Of a stretch of 64,000 nt of DNA, positions 26,616 through 40,037 are shown one piece after another (the first letter of the stretch is position 1; each line of letters starts with the position of its first letter). The notes beneath the pieces are model-generated. The model did not search any database. It saw only the letters and a program-made list of their open reading frames with translations, and was not told where the DNA came from. A program made the translations under genes and the position numbers. This DNA comes from Phyllobates terribilis. Lineage: Eukaryota. The DNA is taken from positions 175,770,001 to 175,834,000 of the forward strand of contig NW_027362765.1 in the NCBI RefSeq assembly GCF_046119375.1, written 5' to 3'.

Positions 26616-29538
26616 TGATATTGATATTAGCCGTGTTTGTAGAATATATTTATCTGCAAAGTATCTCTACATACACATGCATATTTAATATATGTCTATG
26701 TATTATGTATATATGTATAAATATAGAGGCAATGTTTCGGTTTTCAAGCCTCTATATTTAGATTGTGTATGCTGCAACAATTGGACGCTTGGTTTGGGAG
26801 CCCTGTCATCCACTATATGCATTTGCTGAGCTGTTTTATTATGTTTATATTTAGCATATATATACACATATGTATGTGCTTGTAGAGATATTCTAAAAGC
26901 AGGACTAATATCAATATTACCATATGTGTATTACATGATTGTTGATATTAGTCTTGTTTGTATAATACATTAATCTCTACACACATACACATTTAATATC
27001 TATACATATTTTGCATAGATATTTTGATGATATTTATATTCTACAAAGTACTGGTGATTCTATAAAGTGAGTAACTGCTATAAATATTCATATACAAATA
27101 ATATAAATAAAAGCGTGTATAATTTATCTATCTATCTATCTATTCGTGTATATATATGGGCCATGGGACAAATATCAGGCCTACATGTGCGTTCTGGTTC
27201 ACACTATAGCCTGATTAAAGACATGCACCCATAGAAAGAAGAGCAACTTTCTCCTTAAAAATGTAGGTTGTGATCAAAGAGACTTCAAAGGGTGGTGGGT
27301 GGGGGGTGTTTTGAGCCACACAAGAGACAGGAGGTAATAAAGTAATAAAATGCAGCAGCTTGACACAGCTATGTTACCTTCAACGATCCTGGAATCTGCT
27401 CTCCCAACTTCTAATTTCCAGGCCATGTTTGCAGAACTTTTCCAACGTGTAAAAAATAAAAAGTAAAAAAAAACCTCCCTGGTTGCACTTGTGTCTCTCT
27501 CTTGAGGATTCAGGGACGCCTTCACCTTTTTTTTCTCCCAACAGAAGGTCCACACAGATTTGCTGTTCAATAACAAAGACACTGGGTAAGGATTTTTTTT
27601 TAAGGAGTGATTAATGATTATTCTGCATAATTCTCGCATTTTTCTTAGACTGTGTCTACAAATAATGGTTGTGAACCTCACATTCAACAGAAAGAGATGT
27701 CCACTGGCCATTCTGCTCCTCAGAAACACCATCTTTTATTTCATTCTCACAAGGGAAGGAAATGAGAAATATATGGATGGACTGCGCCAGATGTACGCTT
27801 TCTTTAACTTGAAATAATGGGGGCTACAGAGTTAGGGAAATTTGAATATTTGTTAATCCAAAAGGCAGCTTTAGAGGGAGAGGCCCTTAAAATAATTCTA
27901 GATTCACTCGATAACAATGATACTATGATCTAAATATTTATAAATTACCTACACCGAAAGGACACATCTTAATGTAAATTCTGCATATCTCACATTACAA
28001 TTCCTGTTGGATCCTGCATGGACACGGGACATATTTGTATACTGGTATATTGTGCCACAATTATTTACTATTATTGTTGTTTAATGATTTAAACTTATTC
28101 TTTTAATATCTATACTGGTATTATTAACAAAATATAAAGAAATAGGTTTAATTAATCAATTTAACAGATTATATAATATACATAATATGTGTGTTTTATA
28201 CTAGTTATTCTATTGGAAATTAAATAGCATTCAATTACACAAATTAATGCGCACATATATATATATATATACACATATATATACAATATATTCTACTATG
28301 CAATATATCATATATTTAGATTATAGGTTATTATATAACATATATATTTTTATTACATCAACAATTGTATCAATAATTGGTGAAGCAAACACAATACCTG
28401 ACTATATAAAGAAAGAGACCGATAGCAAATATTATATTTAGTCCATAACTGAAATCTAGTAAGAAAGGACGAAAATGAAAATTAATACAAGGCCACGTCT
28501 CACAAAAGAACCCATTTGTCTTGTTGATTATCTATTTGCTTGTCAGGGTTTGAGCTATTGCAGTGGCCAAGATCCTTTGTAATATAAAAACGCACAGGAA
28601 AAAAATGGAAACACTGAGAAACATCTGTGCAAAAAAAAAAAAAAAAGAATAAAAAAATAAAGTAAAAGAATAATAAAAAAAATAGTAATAAATGTATTAG
28701 GGAAAAGGGTGTTTTTTTAGAGGCAGAATCATCTTGTGCTGACTGTCCAAAGCGTCTTAAGTGTAACATAAACCTTCATCTTCCCTTAAGTGCTATTTGC
28801 CAGTCATTACAGAGTGGTGTTACAGTGAGTAAGAGCAAATAAGATGTAATGTAGAAGATAAACAGTACTTACAGATAAGTCGGCCTGCAGGCATAACCAG
28901 GGAGCTGCCATGTTAACCAAGCACACATAACACAGAGATATTCACAGCAGAAAAAAAAATATTTATTTATAGACTATTTACAATCAACAGGGAGGGAGGT
29001 TCACAGCAAAGGCAATGAGAAGGAGGAATGGCTGCACCCTGCAGTAGATATACATATGAGACTAGGTGGACTGTCAGCTGTATACTCCTTTATAGGCCCT
29101 GTACTTGTACTACATGGCTCTGGGTGTTGGCATATCTCCTACTGGGCACCAAGGAAGTGAGTGGAAGTTGTTTTAACTATTAAACAGCAATCATAAGACG
29201 AGAACCAGTCCAAGTATAAAGTGTATTGTATGTGGACGTCACCAGCAACACTCAGTGTCCTGCTGGAATAACATAACGCCAGAGAAAATACAGTTCCCCT
29301 AGAACAAGGAGCCTCATTTATTAAAGTGAGCGTCGGTTCTGTCAAGCTCCCTTCATCCTTTGTACCGCAATGTAAACATGACAAATGGACCAGAGTTTGG
29401 CGTGATTAAAGATGAAACATAGATCTATCTTCTCCAAATCTGAAATCTATCTACTGGCTCCTCCTGAATGAGCCAAGTCCCAGCCAAGTCTTCTTCTTCT
29501 TTTATATAAATAACCAGAATGGATCTGCGCTGGAGATT

Positions 29539-29843
29539 TTAGGGACAGGTCGGTGAACCTTTGTTCTGGCTCTGCTCCCCCCCTGTCATTTGGAGGTTTG
29601 AGGAGGGATTAGATCTGATTTTTGTATTTGGAAGTTTATGATCTTTTTTCCATTTCATCCTTCTGTTTTGGAACCAGATCTTGATCTGACGCTCAGAAAG
29701 GTGCAAAGTGTGCGCAATTTCCACTCTGCGCCTGCGAGTCAGATAGCGATTGTAGTGAAACTCCTTCTCCAGCTCCAGCACTTGCTGCCTGGTGTAGGCT
29801 GTGCGGGAGCGCTTGGTTTCTCCCCCAGAATAAGAAGCATTTA
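29539..29843 (-). CDS. hoxb4: Homeobox protein Hox-B4, exon 2; CDS = join(30755..30353, 29843..29539), 235 aa
   Basis: [68 protein letters not shown]. Acceptor GGTTCTCTTGCAG|TA at 29844/29843. Confidence 0.96.
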
Positions 29844-30224
29844 CTGCAAGAGAACCAAACACAGTACAAGCTCTTTTAATCGTGGACATAAAAGCTCATT
29901 AGAATGGATTGCAAAAATAAAAAAAAATAACAAATAAAAATAAAATTTTGCTGTTAAGTGATTTTTGTCTGTCCCTTAGCTATCAATTATACATAAACCC
30001 TGTACAGAACTGATCCTTGATTCCTAGTTGTTACATGCCAGCTATGAAGTTTTAACAGCACCACGTTAAAGTGACAGGATGCAGTGAAAGTTTACCCAAT
30101 CTGGCACTTAAACACAAATTAGAAATAACATAAAACCTTAATGTAGGAAAGTCCACAACACTAAAAAAAGGCTTTAGAGAAATTTGAGGAGGATGGTAAA
30201 GTCTACTTCAAAGGCAGTTGGCCA

Positions 30225-30292
30225 AGTAGAGTCATAAAAATTTATGGAGGATGTAATTATACTGCCCTGCAAACAGGAGATCGTAAATTTAA
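30225..30292 (-). promoter_or_regulatory. HB-1-type conserved Hox4 intron element
   Basis: Minus strand TAAATTTACGAT...TATAATTACATCCTCCATAAATTTTTATGAC: clustered TAAT/TTTAT homeodomain sites typical of PG4 introns. Confidence 0.7.
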
Positions 30293-30352
30293 AAGGACAC
30301 ACAATTTCCAAGTGTTGGCTTAGTAGATAGCTGAGACAACTGGCGCACTTAC

Positions 30353-30755
30353 CAGTAGAAAGGTGCGCCTTCTTCATCCACGGGTACACCACTGGGTTCT
30401 CGCTGGCGGATTCTGAGGGCTTCTGCTCTGAGGAGAGTTGGCTACAGGACGGTGGTGACCTGGTGATGCTAGTCTGGCTCTGATGCTCGTCTTCGGGAAG
30501 AAGTCCTACTTGGGGGACAGTCCGGGGAGATATCTTGGAAGAAGCTGGTCGTCCGGAGCCTTGACAGGAGTACTGTTGGCTTGTGCAGACAGATCGGGGG
30601 TAGGTCGCCCCATACTGGAAGCTGCTTTCCCTCTTCTGACTGCTGTAGTACTCTGGAGAGGAGCTAGGGAGGTAATCACTATGGGAATATTCCTCGCACG
30701 GTGGAAATTTGGGGTCCACATAATTTGAGCTGATCAAAAACGAACTCATGGCCAT
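30353..30755 (-). CDS. hoxb4: Hox-B4 exon 1
   Basis: MAMSSFLISSNYVDPKFPPCEEYS start, hexapeptide VVYPWMKK, donor ACTG|GTAAGT at 30353/30352. Confidence 0.96.
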
Positions 30756-30829
30756 TTATTAGTTTGATTTTAACCCAAAACCCATATACAATTTATTCCT
30801 GTAGTCCTGCTCGTTTTCCTGTTTCTTAA

Positions 30830-30895
30830 AACCCTCCTACTTACTGTCAAGTGAACAAAGTTGAGTCTGCATGTGACACCATGAGCCAATGGAAA
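30830..30895 (-). promoter_or_regulatory. hoxb4 promoter/5'UTR block (NF-Y CCAAT, E-box TCACATG)
   Basis: Minus strand CCATTGGCTCATGGTGTCACATGCAGACTCAACTTTGTTCACTTGACAGTAAGTAGGAGG, matching the conserved Hox4 leader known to bind NF-Y/USF. Confidence 0.6.
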
Positions 30896-31521
30896 TGTTC
30901 CCACCATCCCCGGATAAGGAAACGTGCTCCATAGCGCAGGCAGCTCTAGGCAGGTTATCTCCCCCCCCCCCCCCCCCTTACAAAAAAAGCCCACCCCTTC
31001 TGATTAAGCAAGCTTGTAGAGTATTAATATACAGGGTGCCATGTATTCCAGCAGCTCACCCCTCCTCCATTGCTGGCATCATTCTCCAAAATAAAAGTGT
31101 CTGACTATTAGAAAATCTTCCTTGAAAGTGAAAACACAGATTGTGGCTGCAGTTGGCGGACTGGGCTGGCTGCTGTCTGCAGACATGAGGTTTAGCAGAG
31201 AGACTGGCAGAGACAAATACGTCCTGCCCTGGATCGATAGAAAATTCATCAACTAATTCGGGATACTTGCTTTACTAAATTCCATTTAGGCACATTATTA
31301 AATTGCCTATTGTAAGTCACTGGAGCACAGTTGGGGAGAAATAGAACGAATTTGCAGCACAGCAAACAGCAAATGAATGTTGTCGGATGATAGTAATGAA
31401 TTATTGTATCACTAAATCATGATTAAAGTTTTTGGAGAATTATCGACATGCAAAAACAAGTTCAAGTTAACAAACCGCATGGCGCAAAAGACAAAACGTA
31501 ATACATGACGCATCTGTCCTG

Positions 31522-31620
31522 TAGCGTTTATGTCAACTGCATATCCCCCCAGACACGAATTTGTGAAATGATTGTCCTCACACAAATTCGGATCTACAGG
31601 GTACATACAGAAGACAGACA
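31522..31620 (-). ncRNA. mir10a: microRNA precursor mir-10a
   Basis: Mature 5p TACCCTGTAGATCCGAATTTGTG exact at 31603-31581. 3p arm CAAATTCGTGTCTGGGGGGATA at 31563-31542. Flanks TGTCTGTCTTCTGTAT and GCAGTTGACATAAAC match the vertebrate mir-10a hairpin; canonical position between Hox4 and Hox5. Confidence 0.98.
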
Positions 31621-32573
31621 TAATCTTCTCCTTGATTTCTGTCTGATCCAGTGCAGAAATGGACAAGGAACTCCAAAACCGCAAATAACATTATTAGCAC
31701 CACAGATAATTATAGTGTTAATATTCAATGCATAAAACATATATTCAGACATGAATATACTCAAATACACATTATGCCATAAATAACGAGGTGTCCTCAG
31801 GTAGTAAAAGAGGAAACGTGAAGGGAGTTCACACCATAAATATATAATTGTCGGGTATAATGATATCATGAATATATATAGACTTTACAGCTGATGCTTC
31901 TTATACAAGCAGTAAATCAGCTGTAATATCCCAAAAATTAGACAGACTGGATATCAATACACAGACCACGCATGACTTTACACAGGGATTTGGTTTACCA
32001 AAATAAAGCCCCAAATAGGCAAAACAATAAATTAAATAAAATAGGTAAAACATGAAAGCTGCGCATCCTTTAAATGCATACAGTACGATGTCCTCAAGTA
32101 TCACACATGTGATGATTGAACTCTTCCAGAAATTATCATAGATCTTACTCACTAAAAACACTATCACCAAATCACAAGTATTTAACTGTCAACTAAGTTT
32201 ATTGAATCATAATAAGAAATCTAATTGTCAAGCTATAAAAAAAAACACCTAAAAGAAAAAAAATGTCCAATAGCTTTCTGAAAACAACATCGCTTCCATC
32301 TACTAATAGAGCACACATTGTCCATTGTGATTTTACATTTAATGCACAGATCATAATATAACTGTTTAAATACAGCGTTTCGCTAAAACGAAAAAAAGTT
32401 GTTTTCTTCTGTACATTCAAATGTATGAACACAGTAAAATTACAAGCAGTATTCTATCTATCTATCTATCTATCTATCTTGAACCCCCTCTCAAAAGAAG
32501 ACTTCTCTGTGAAGACCACCCCCTAATCTAAGCTAGTGATAAAATATCTGTTCTGACATAAACATACTGGTCG

Positions 32574-32639
<66 letters not shown>

Positions 32640-33352
32640 CTTACTATTTATCTAGAAATATATTTATTTGTATATCTGCCTATTTCTTTTTAATATTATT
32701 CCAACTAGGATTAAATTAAGCATATAAACTGCACAGCCACTGATATTGTCATTCTTCATATTATATTTCTAGAGATTAGGCCTCTTGACTATTTATTTAC
32801 TGGTTGCTTATAAGAATGCTACCCATAAGATATTATTTTTTTGTTTTGCAGATAATACTGTTATTAATATCAGTTCTTATGAGAATTATCAGTCTTCCTG
32901 TCTGGTGCACACGCCGTGTGCCCACTTGTATATGCACCTGGGTTTTGTTAGGAGCATGGCTGTCTACCTGAGTGATTCCCACCCCCTGCTGCGCCTCCCT
33001 CCACCTCTCTTTCCTGCCGCAGCCATGACCACATACCTTGATCACTTCTGGCCTCTTCCTGAATATTTTGCTTTCTTCCATAGAGTAAAATATTAGATGT
33101 CACAGAGCACAAGGACGGTACAAAAAAAGCCTCTAGTCCTTCTGGTGGTACATAGCATTAAATGCAGCGAAGTACAAGGCTTTGCTCCTTGGTGCGGTCC
33201 GGCACTGGGGTCTTATGAGCCCATTAGAAACACAGATCCCCAGTTTTTTTTTTGGGGGGGGGATATTAATCTCATAGTTTGTCAGTCTTTGTTAAACAGC
33301 GAGGCGTGGTGTGTGATTGCCGAGGGCATTTTCATATAGTTACAACAAGCAG

Positions 33353-33369
33353 TGACCTGCGATTCACCC
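33353..33369 (-). promoter_or_regulatory. DR5 RARE upstream of hoxb4/mir-10a (B4U-like)
   Basis: + TGACCT-GCGAT-TCACCC = GGGTGA atcgc AGGTCA. Mouse B4U is recalled as GGGTGA accgc AGGTCA. Confidence 0.8.
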
Positions 33370-33585
33370 TGTCCTGGCCTCTCCCACTGCACACAGCCTG
33401 CAATCAGCAGCACATACATGCACATGTCTAGATTGGGATACACGGCTCATCACAGCCCCCCAAGCACTGTGCTCCATCTAGAGAAGGAAGGGATGGAAAA
33501 CAATAATTCTAATTTTACAATGTGACATGAAAATGCAATCACTGATTCTTCACAAACCTGTGCAGACCTGTGTTGCTTCCCAAAC

Positions 33586-33665
<80 letters not shown>

Positions 33666-33894
33666 GGTCATAGATAGATGTGTATGTATATATACATAAG
33701 TGTAATATATACATATATGCATATGTATATACTTATTATACATATGTAAAGGTACGTACTATACATAAGTGTATATATACTTATGAGTGTATATTTATTC
33801 AGAAACACACGTGTACATATTCACATATATGAGTGTCTGAATATATCTAAATACATACACATACGTATATATATATGTAGACAAACATATACAT

Positions 33895-33938
<44 letters not shown>

Positions 33939-36109
33939 GCATGTAGACACACGTATCTGTATATGTTTACAGTTTTCTGAACTCACAATGATTGCACTTT
34001 GATGGCATATACAAACTATAACAAGAATATTAGAAAATATATTTTTAATAGCAAACAGTCAGGTGTTTGAATGGTTCAGTGGAATATAATTTTTTTGTAA
34101 ACTGGGAACACACTACATAGCTAGGAAATGGAAATCTTTACCGTTTAGAAATAATTTATTATTACATACACTATATTTTCCATGTGTCATGCTAGAGGAA
34201 ATTTAAAAAATGTGAATAATATAATGTTATAGTTTAGCACTTTAGTGCTTTCGTAATTATATCCTATGTAGCCCTCGGAGTGTTTCTTATCTTTGTAAAT
34301 AACATTCAAGTTAAATACTAAAGGAATAGTAAAATAAATTAAGGTAATAACATGATCATTAAAATACATGTTAAGACTAGTGCAGGAAGTCATAACAATC
34401 ATGATCTTTCGTATCCACATTATCTGCAGCATTATTTGTATTGGTGTTTACTTTCTATCCCAAATTATTCAAAAATTTAATACATGTTAGAACCTGAACA
34501 TGGAGTTTATTGCCAGCAATTCAATTGTCTCTATCTTCTTTGTCCTAAAAGGTCTCTTATTATTGTAATTTCTAAACGAAGACTTGATACATATTCTCTG
34601 AGAGAAACTAGTCATTTGTACATACTTTGAAAACTTTGCTTTTATGATCCTACGTAAAGACAGTATAACGATCAATACCTTAATACCACTGTTGTTAATT
34701 GTTAATTGTAATAGTATAGTACTAATATTGGCATTAAGGGTGGTTGAAGGTTAAATCACTCCAATCGCTGGGGTCTCTTGACTTGGTATTTTCTTTCCTC
34801 CATAAGAATATACCCGCACGTGTTTTGCTAAAATTAGTTATTCTGCCCTGTGTATTCCATATTATTGAAGTAGCCATATTATCCAGGCATTCTCTTTACT
34901 TTTGAGAATGTGCCCGCCATTGTCTATTGCATATTACATATACAGCAATGAAAATAGGGTGATCTGCATTTATAGCAATGACTGTTTATTGAGGTTATAA
35001 CATAGTGGGCTCTACCACAGTAAATATGTACATCCAGTGGAAATCTACACCCTGTGGCACACAGCATACTATGCAATAACCTCAATTGGCAGTCACCATT
35101 CATATCAATTATATACATATATACTTAATATACATAAATCTGTATATCTAGATATATTCATGACTAATGTTATTTAAAGAGCATGTTAGCTTCATAGGTA
35201 TTAGATTAACATCACAAATCCCCTGCTGTATTCGGTTAATGTTTGTGCTTTATACAGAAGGATCTAAAGTGCAGTGGATCTATAGATCTGTGCACCAGTG
35301 AATTACAAACGTAAACTTTTGACCCTTCCACTTCTTGACCCCGAGGACCATGATATGTTACTAACAAGCCCCTGTCAGGCTGCCCTGGGGCTGCAGCAGA
35401 CAGACTGTATGCATCTTGGTCTCTCTTTCTCTTGTTCTTTCATACAAGAGCATTTTTTTTTTATATATATTAGTCTGTAAATTAAATAATTATCTGCAGC
35501 ATAAATTTACAGGGAGTCTAAAAGTTGTAATCTGCAAGTATCTCACTTATACAAGGATAAGATTATATTTCCTCCAAATCAAATGCATACATTTTACTGA
35601 TCTAAAGTATTTTTATACAGCATCATAGATATCAAATATAACATGGATAAGAGAAGGACATCGGATGTGTTTAAGTTTTTTTTTTTTTTTAGGCACAGGA
35701 ATCAGCAGTCAACTGTCTGTGAACCTGGTCTAAAGCGGGCTCTGCTGGCCATTAATGGGTACTGCAGGTCACTGAATCTGCAGACATAATTACCCTGACT
35801 GCAATGAACTTAGCCTCTCTTCTTGCACAGGATCAGTCAAAATCCCCAGAAATGTTTTAAGATACCTTTGTCTGACCTGGACTGTAGAAGAGAGGGATAA
35901 ATGCTGTTATTGCACTAATCCACAGGACTGCATATACCTGATATTTATTCATTCGTTGTCATAATAACTACATGATTATTAAAATTCATATAGCATGAGA
36001 ATATAGTGTCAGTGTCCTGCATTGGCTCATGGACAGTGACCCTTGCGGGTAACGATTCCCGACAGTGGAGTATGAGCTCTGGTTGGTTCTGTTCTCTGCA
36101 CCAGACTGC

Positions 36110-36126
36110 TGACCTCGCAATGATCC
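36110..36126 (-). promoter_or_regulatory. DR5 RARE 3' of hoxb5 (DE-RARE-like)
   Basis: + TGACCT-CGCAA-TGATCC = GGATCA ttgcg AGGTCA. Mouse DE-RARE is recalled as GGATCA cgcag AGGTCA. Confidence 0.8.
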
Positions 36127-36644
36127 CTCTCTCTATGAATAATTGATGGGGTATGTGCAAGGCTTCTCCTATTCAGAATGCAAACCCCATTATCCTGCCA
36201 AAATGGCGATTTAATCGTTTAGAATAGCTGCGCTTTTTCAGCTCATTTGTGCCCCTTTGCTTTTCATTTGATATTCCTAATTAAATCGCTTAGCAGATTT
36301 CCATCACCTACTTACTTACCAGCAAATAAAACATTTCACTCCACAAACTTCCCCGCATTAAGAGGAAAAGGGATAGTTTGGTAATTATAGAAACGTTAAT
36401 TCTCAGCAGAATGATGATCGAGGAAAGGTGAAGGAGGGTTCAGGGTACAACAGGCAGCACCGTGGGGTGAAAAGTGCAAAGATCTGCTGCAGCAGCAGTG
36501 ACGCACTGTACCCTGTCCTCGAGAATATGCCTTATATTTTACCAAAAGTAGATAAATATTTATTACTAACGCAAATCATAATTTCAAGGCTATAAATAAG
36601 AGATAAGGTAAACGAAAATGTACAAAGAAAACGCATACAATAGA

Positions 36645-36645
36645 T

Positions 36646-36708
<63 letters not shown>

Positions 36709-36856
36709 AAAAAAAAGGAAAGAAAGATGGATAATTTAGGTACATATATGTGTTCACACACATACACACCAATAATTTTGACACACACAAACTAGAACGA
36801 TAGATAGATGAGATAGATGAGATAGATAGATAGATAGTGGATAGATAGATAGATAA

Positions 36857-36904
<48 letters not shown>
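36645..36904. repeat. (GAAA)n followed by (GATA)n microsatellites
   Basis: Seen directly in the sequence. Confidence 0.95.
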
Positions 36905-36905
<1 letters not shown>

Positions 36906-38168
36906 GACATTACATATATGTGTACTCACACATAAATCAAACACACACACACAAACAGCCTCATGGCTATAAAATAAATCACCTTTATTTGGACAGATTT
37001 AAATCTGTGAAGAACAAAAGTTGAAACAAACAGTAACCCAGTGACAACCATTTGTGTCTGTGCAGCCATATCCCCGCTTTCCTGTTTATTCTACAGCACA
37101 CCATCCTCATGAAGCAGTGCACCTACAGATCTCTACTCCCCTCCCCCAGACTCCCCTCATTCTGCAATCTCTGCCGCAATCATCTGCAGTCAGGGTGATT
37201 AGGATCTTCAATATAGAATTGCAATTTCAGTCTATTAAACTAAAATATAAACACATAAAAAAAAACAAATAAAGGAATGCAAGAAACTCTGTTCATCCAC
37301 CGATTTCAGCACAGTATTCCAATTGTAATTTGACTCGCTAAATGACTCTCATAGACGATTCGTCATCTGTAATTCACTACTAAATCCATTTTTCCTGACA
37401 CATAGTAAGGTGAACTTTAAGAACTCGATTGAAGCCACAACAGATGTTGCATCTGCTAATTGACTGTAAATACCTTATCTACATGTAGTTATCAAAATGT
37501 GTTTTACCCCTGCCCAAATCTTTCACATCTTATCAATATATGAAAAAATATTTATTATCTATTTTATCAAACGATCTTATCGATTGAAGTATTTATTGGA
37601 GATTTTATTGTATTAAAATTTAAGAAAAAGGATGATAGTGCGGGGCACACAAATACAAGATATGATAGAAGCTATCACATCTTCAATCTATTTATCTATT
37701 TATTTATTTATCTATCTACCTATCTATTTAATAGTATCTATCTATCTTCTATGTATCTACATATCGTACATGCAATCTCCTTAGTAAGATGTGATCCTCT
37801 GATCGATCGGACCTCGTCATGTCTGCAAGCGATCCACACACTTTCAGACAATTCTGCCTTTAGTAGTATAATTAATCACGATGCCTCCTTTTGAATATTT
37901 GCTCCATTGCTTTACACGTATGCCAGTTTTGCAGCAAATATAATATCGTGATATTAGTTTAAATATCGGGTATATAAAACTTACTTTTTTTTTGTCGCCA
38001 GATCCTGGGTCCTGTGCACTGAGCAGGAAAGCTGCAGTGTGTGTGTCAGTCCCTGTAGCAGCTCATCTGCTGCAATCCTCCCTGGCTGTGTCCCTCACAA
38101 GCCAGTTAAACTGTCACTTAACATTGTGGAGAATGTGAAATATATTGTACATTGTCAACTCCCTAAAA

Positions 38169-38253
38169 CCATAAACCTAAGTTTATGGAGCTCACGTGAC
38201 TTTTGAGAGCCAGTGAGGGGGTATCTGTCTGAGGTCTGGGCCATTTTTACGAT
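38169..38253. promoter_or_regulatory. Palindromic Hox/Cdx site pair plus E-box 3' of hoxb5
   Basis: CCATAAAC-ctaa-GTTTATGG (38169-38188), TCACGTGAC (38192-38200), TTTTTACGAT (38244-38253). Confidence 0.55.
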
Positions 38254-39379
38254 CTAACTTCTAGATAAAACCGTACCCATTTGACATGTAAATGTCATAC
38301 CTACTTTGGGTGTAGTTTGCCTCTACTAAAATAGCAATAGGGATTGGGATGTCAGCCTGCCCTTAGCTCGCCCAACAGGCCTAGCAGAACTGGGGTAAGT
38401 GTATCATCTCTGATCATCTTTGACTTGATTTCTACTAGTTCTTACATAAACTTACATAAACTTATTAAGTATCTTGTGTTCTGGATGTGTGACCAGAGTG
38501 TGTCTCAATATGTGCAGGGGTGGAGTGAAAGTGCTTTGATAGTTTGGGAAGTTTTCACAAACTTTTTTTATAACTTTTCCATCACTAGGTAAATCGATTC
38601 GATTGATCTTGGAGATAAATATTTGTTTGACCTCCTTCTAAGTGGTACTTGTTCTGTATAAATATTTACATATACATTAGACACATAAGGTATACATATA
38701 ATTATATCATTACACGGAGGCTATCTAGAAATACAATGCACGATAAGGAAAAGTAGGGAACAGACAAGACACATCTGACAAATAAGAGAAACATTTCTTT
38801 TTAATATGAATACAAATACAACAATGGTTTGGCAAATCCCCAGGGCAGATAGACAATACAGGTACCGGCAATAGACAAAACCAAACATGTCACTCACTCC
38901 CCCAACACTTACTGCTGTGATAGTAGCTTCAGTCTAATACCTTGTAACAAGATAACAATTTAACAAACACAAAAACTACCAAGCAAGAACACAGAGCTGA
39001 CATTGAAATTGAGACAAAGGGGGTTTAGTGCATCAATAAAGCCTACCTGTCCTGGAAAAGAATGAGACCTGTAAACCATTCACCAACGTTTTGTTTTATT
39101 ATTACTATTATTATTATCATTAATTATAAATAAGTTACAACACTGAGGATCTGGATGAACCTGGATGAACATGCCATGTAGTCCATACAAAGCAGCATTA
39201 TCTTACAGTCACAAACATCGAACGACACGGCGACTGAGCGCACTGTACACAGCTAGAAATGAGGAAAGGATGGGTGAATCTGGGCAGGAGCCACCATTGT
39301 CCTCCTGGAAGTGCCCAGCAAGTGCCACTAGCGGTGTCCAAGATGAGTGCTAAGGGTGCAGTCCTGGCATTCTCACTTG

Positions 39380-39670
<291 letters not shown>

Positions 39671-40037
39671 TTACCCACCTGTGCACACTGCTGTCTCCTG
39701 AAACCTGATTTTACTCTCACACTTTACGCCCTTTACTTTTCTGCTCTGCCTTTGCCGTCATTACTACTATCAAATCTTTGCACTCTATGCCCTTATTCTA
39801 ATGCCTTCATAATATTTACACTTTAAATCTGCAAAGGATCCACTGTTACCCACTACCCTCCTGTTACCCTCCTACTCTCCCTAAAAAAATATTTGTAATT
39901 AGGAAATGTGCTTATTCTTCTTCTGTAGTCCCAGTGCCTTTGCGCTTTCCCTAATTTTTTTAAAACTAACCCACACTCACTGATGGTGTCTGTCCCTAGA
40001 AATAACCCTACATTATATTCTAAACTGCTTATTTTCT

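Noticed and set aside
33028-33096. 23-codon + strand ORF with Kozak-like GCAGCCATG (MTTYLDHFW...)
   Set aside because: Too short, no recognisable similarity, no transcript evidence.
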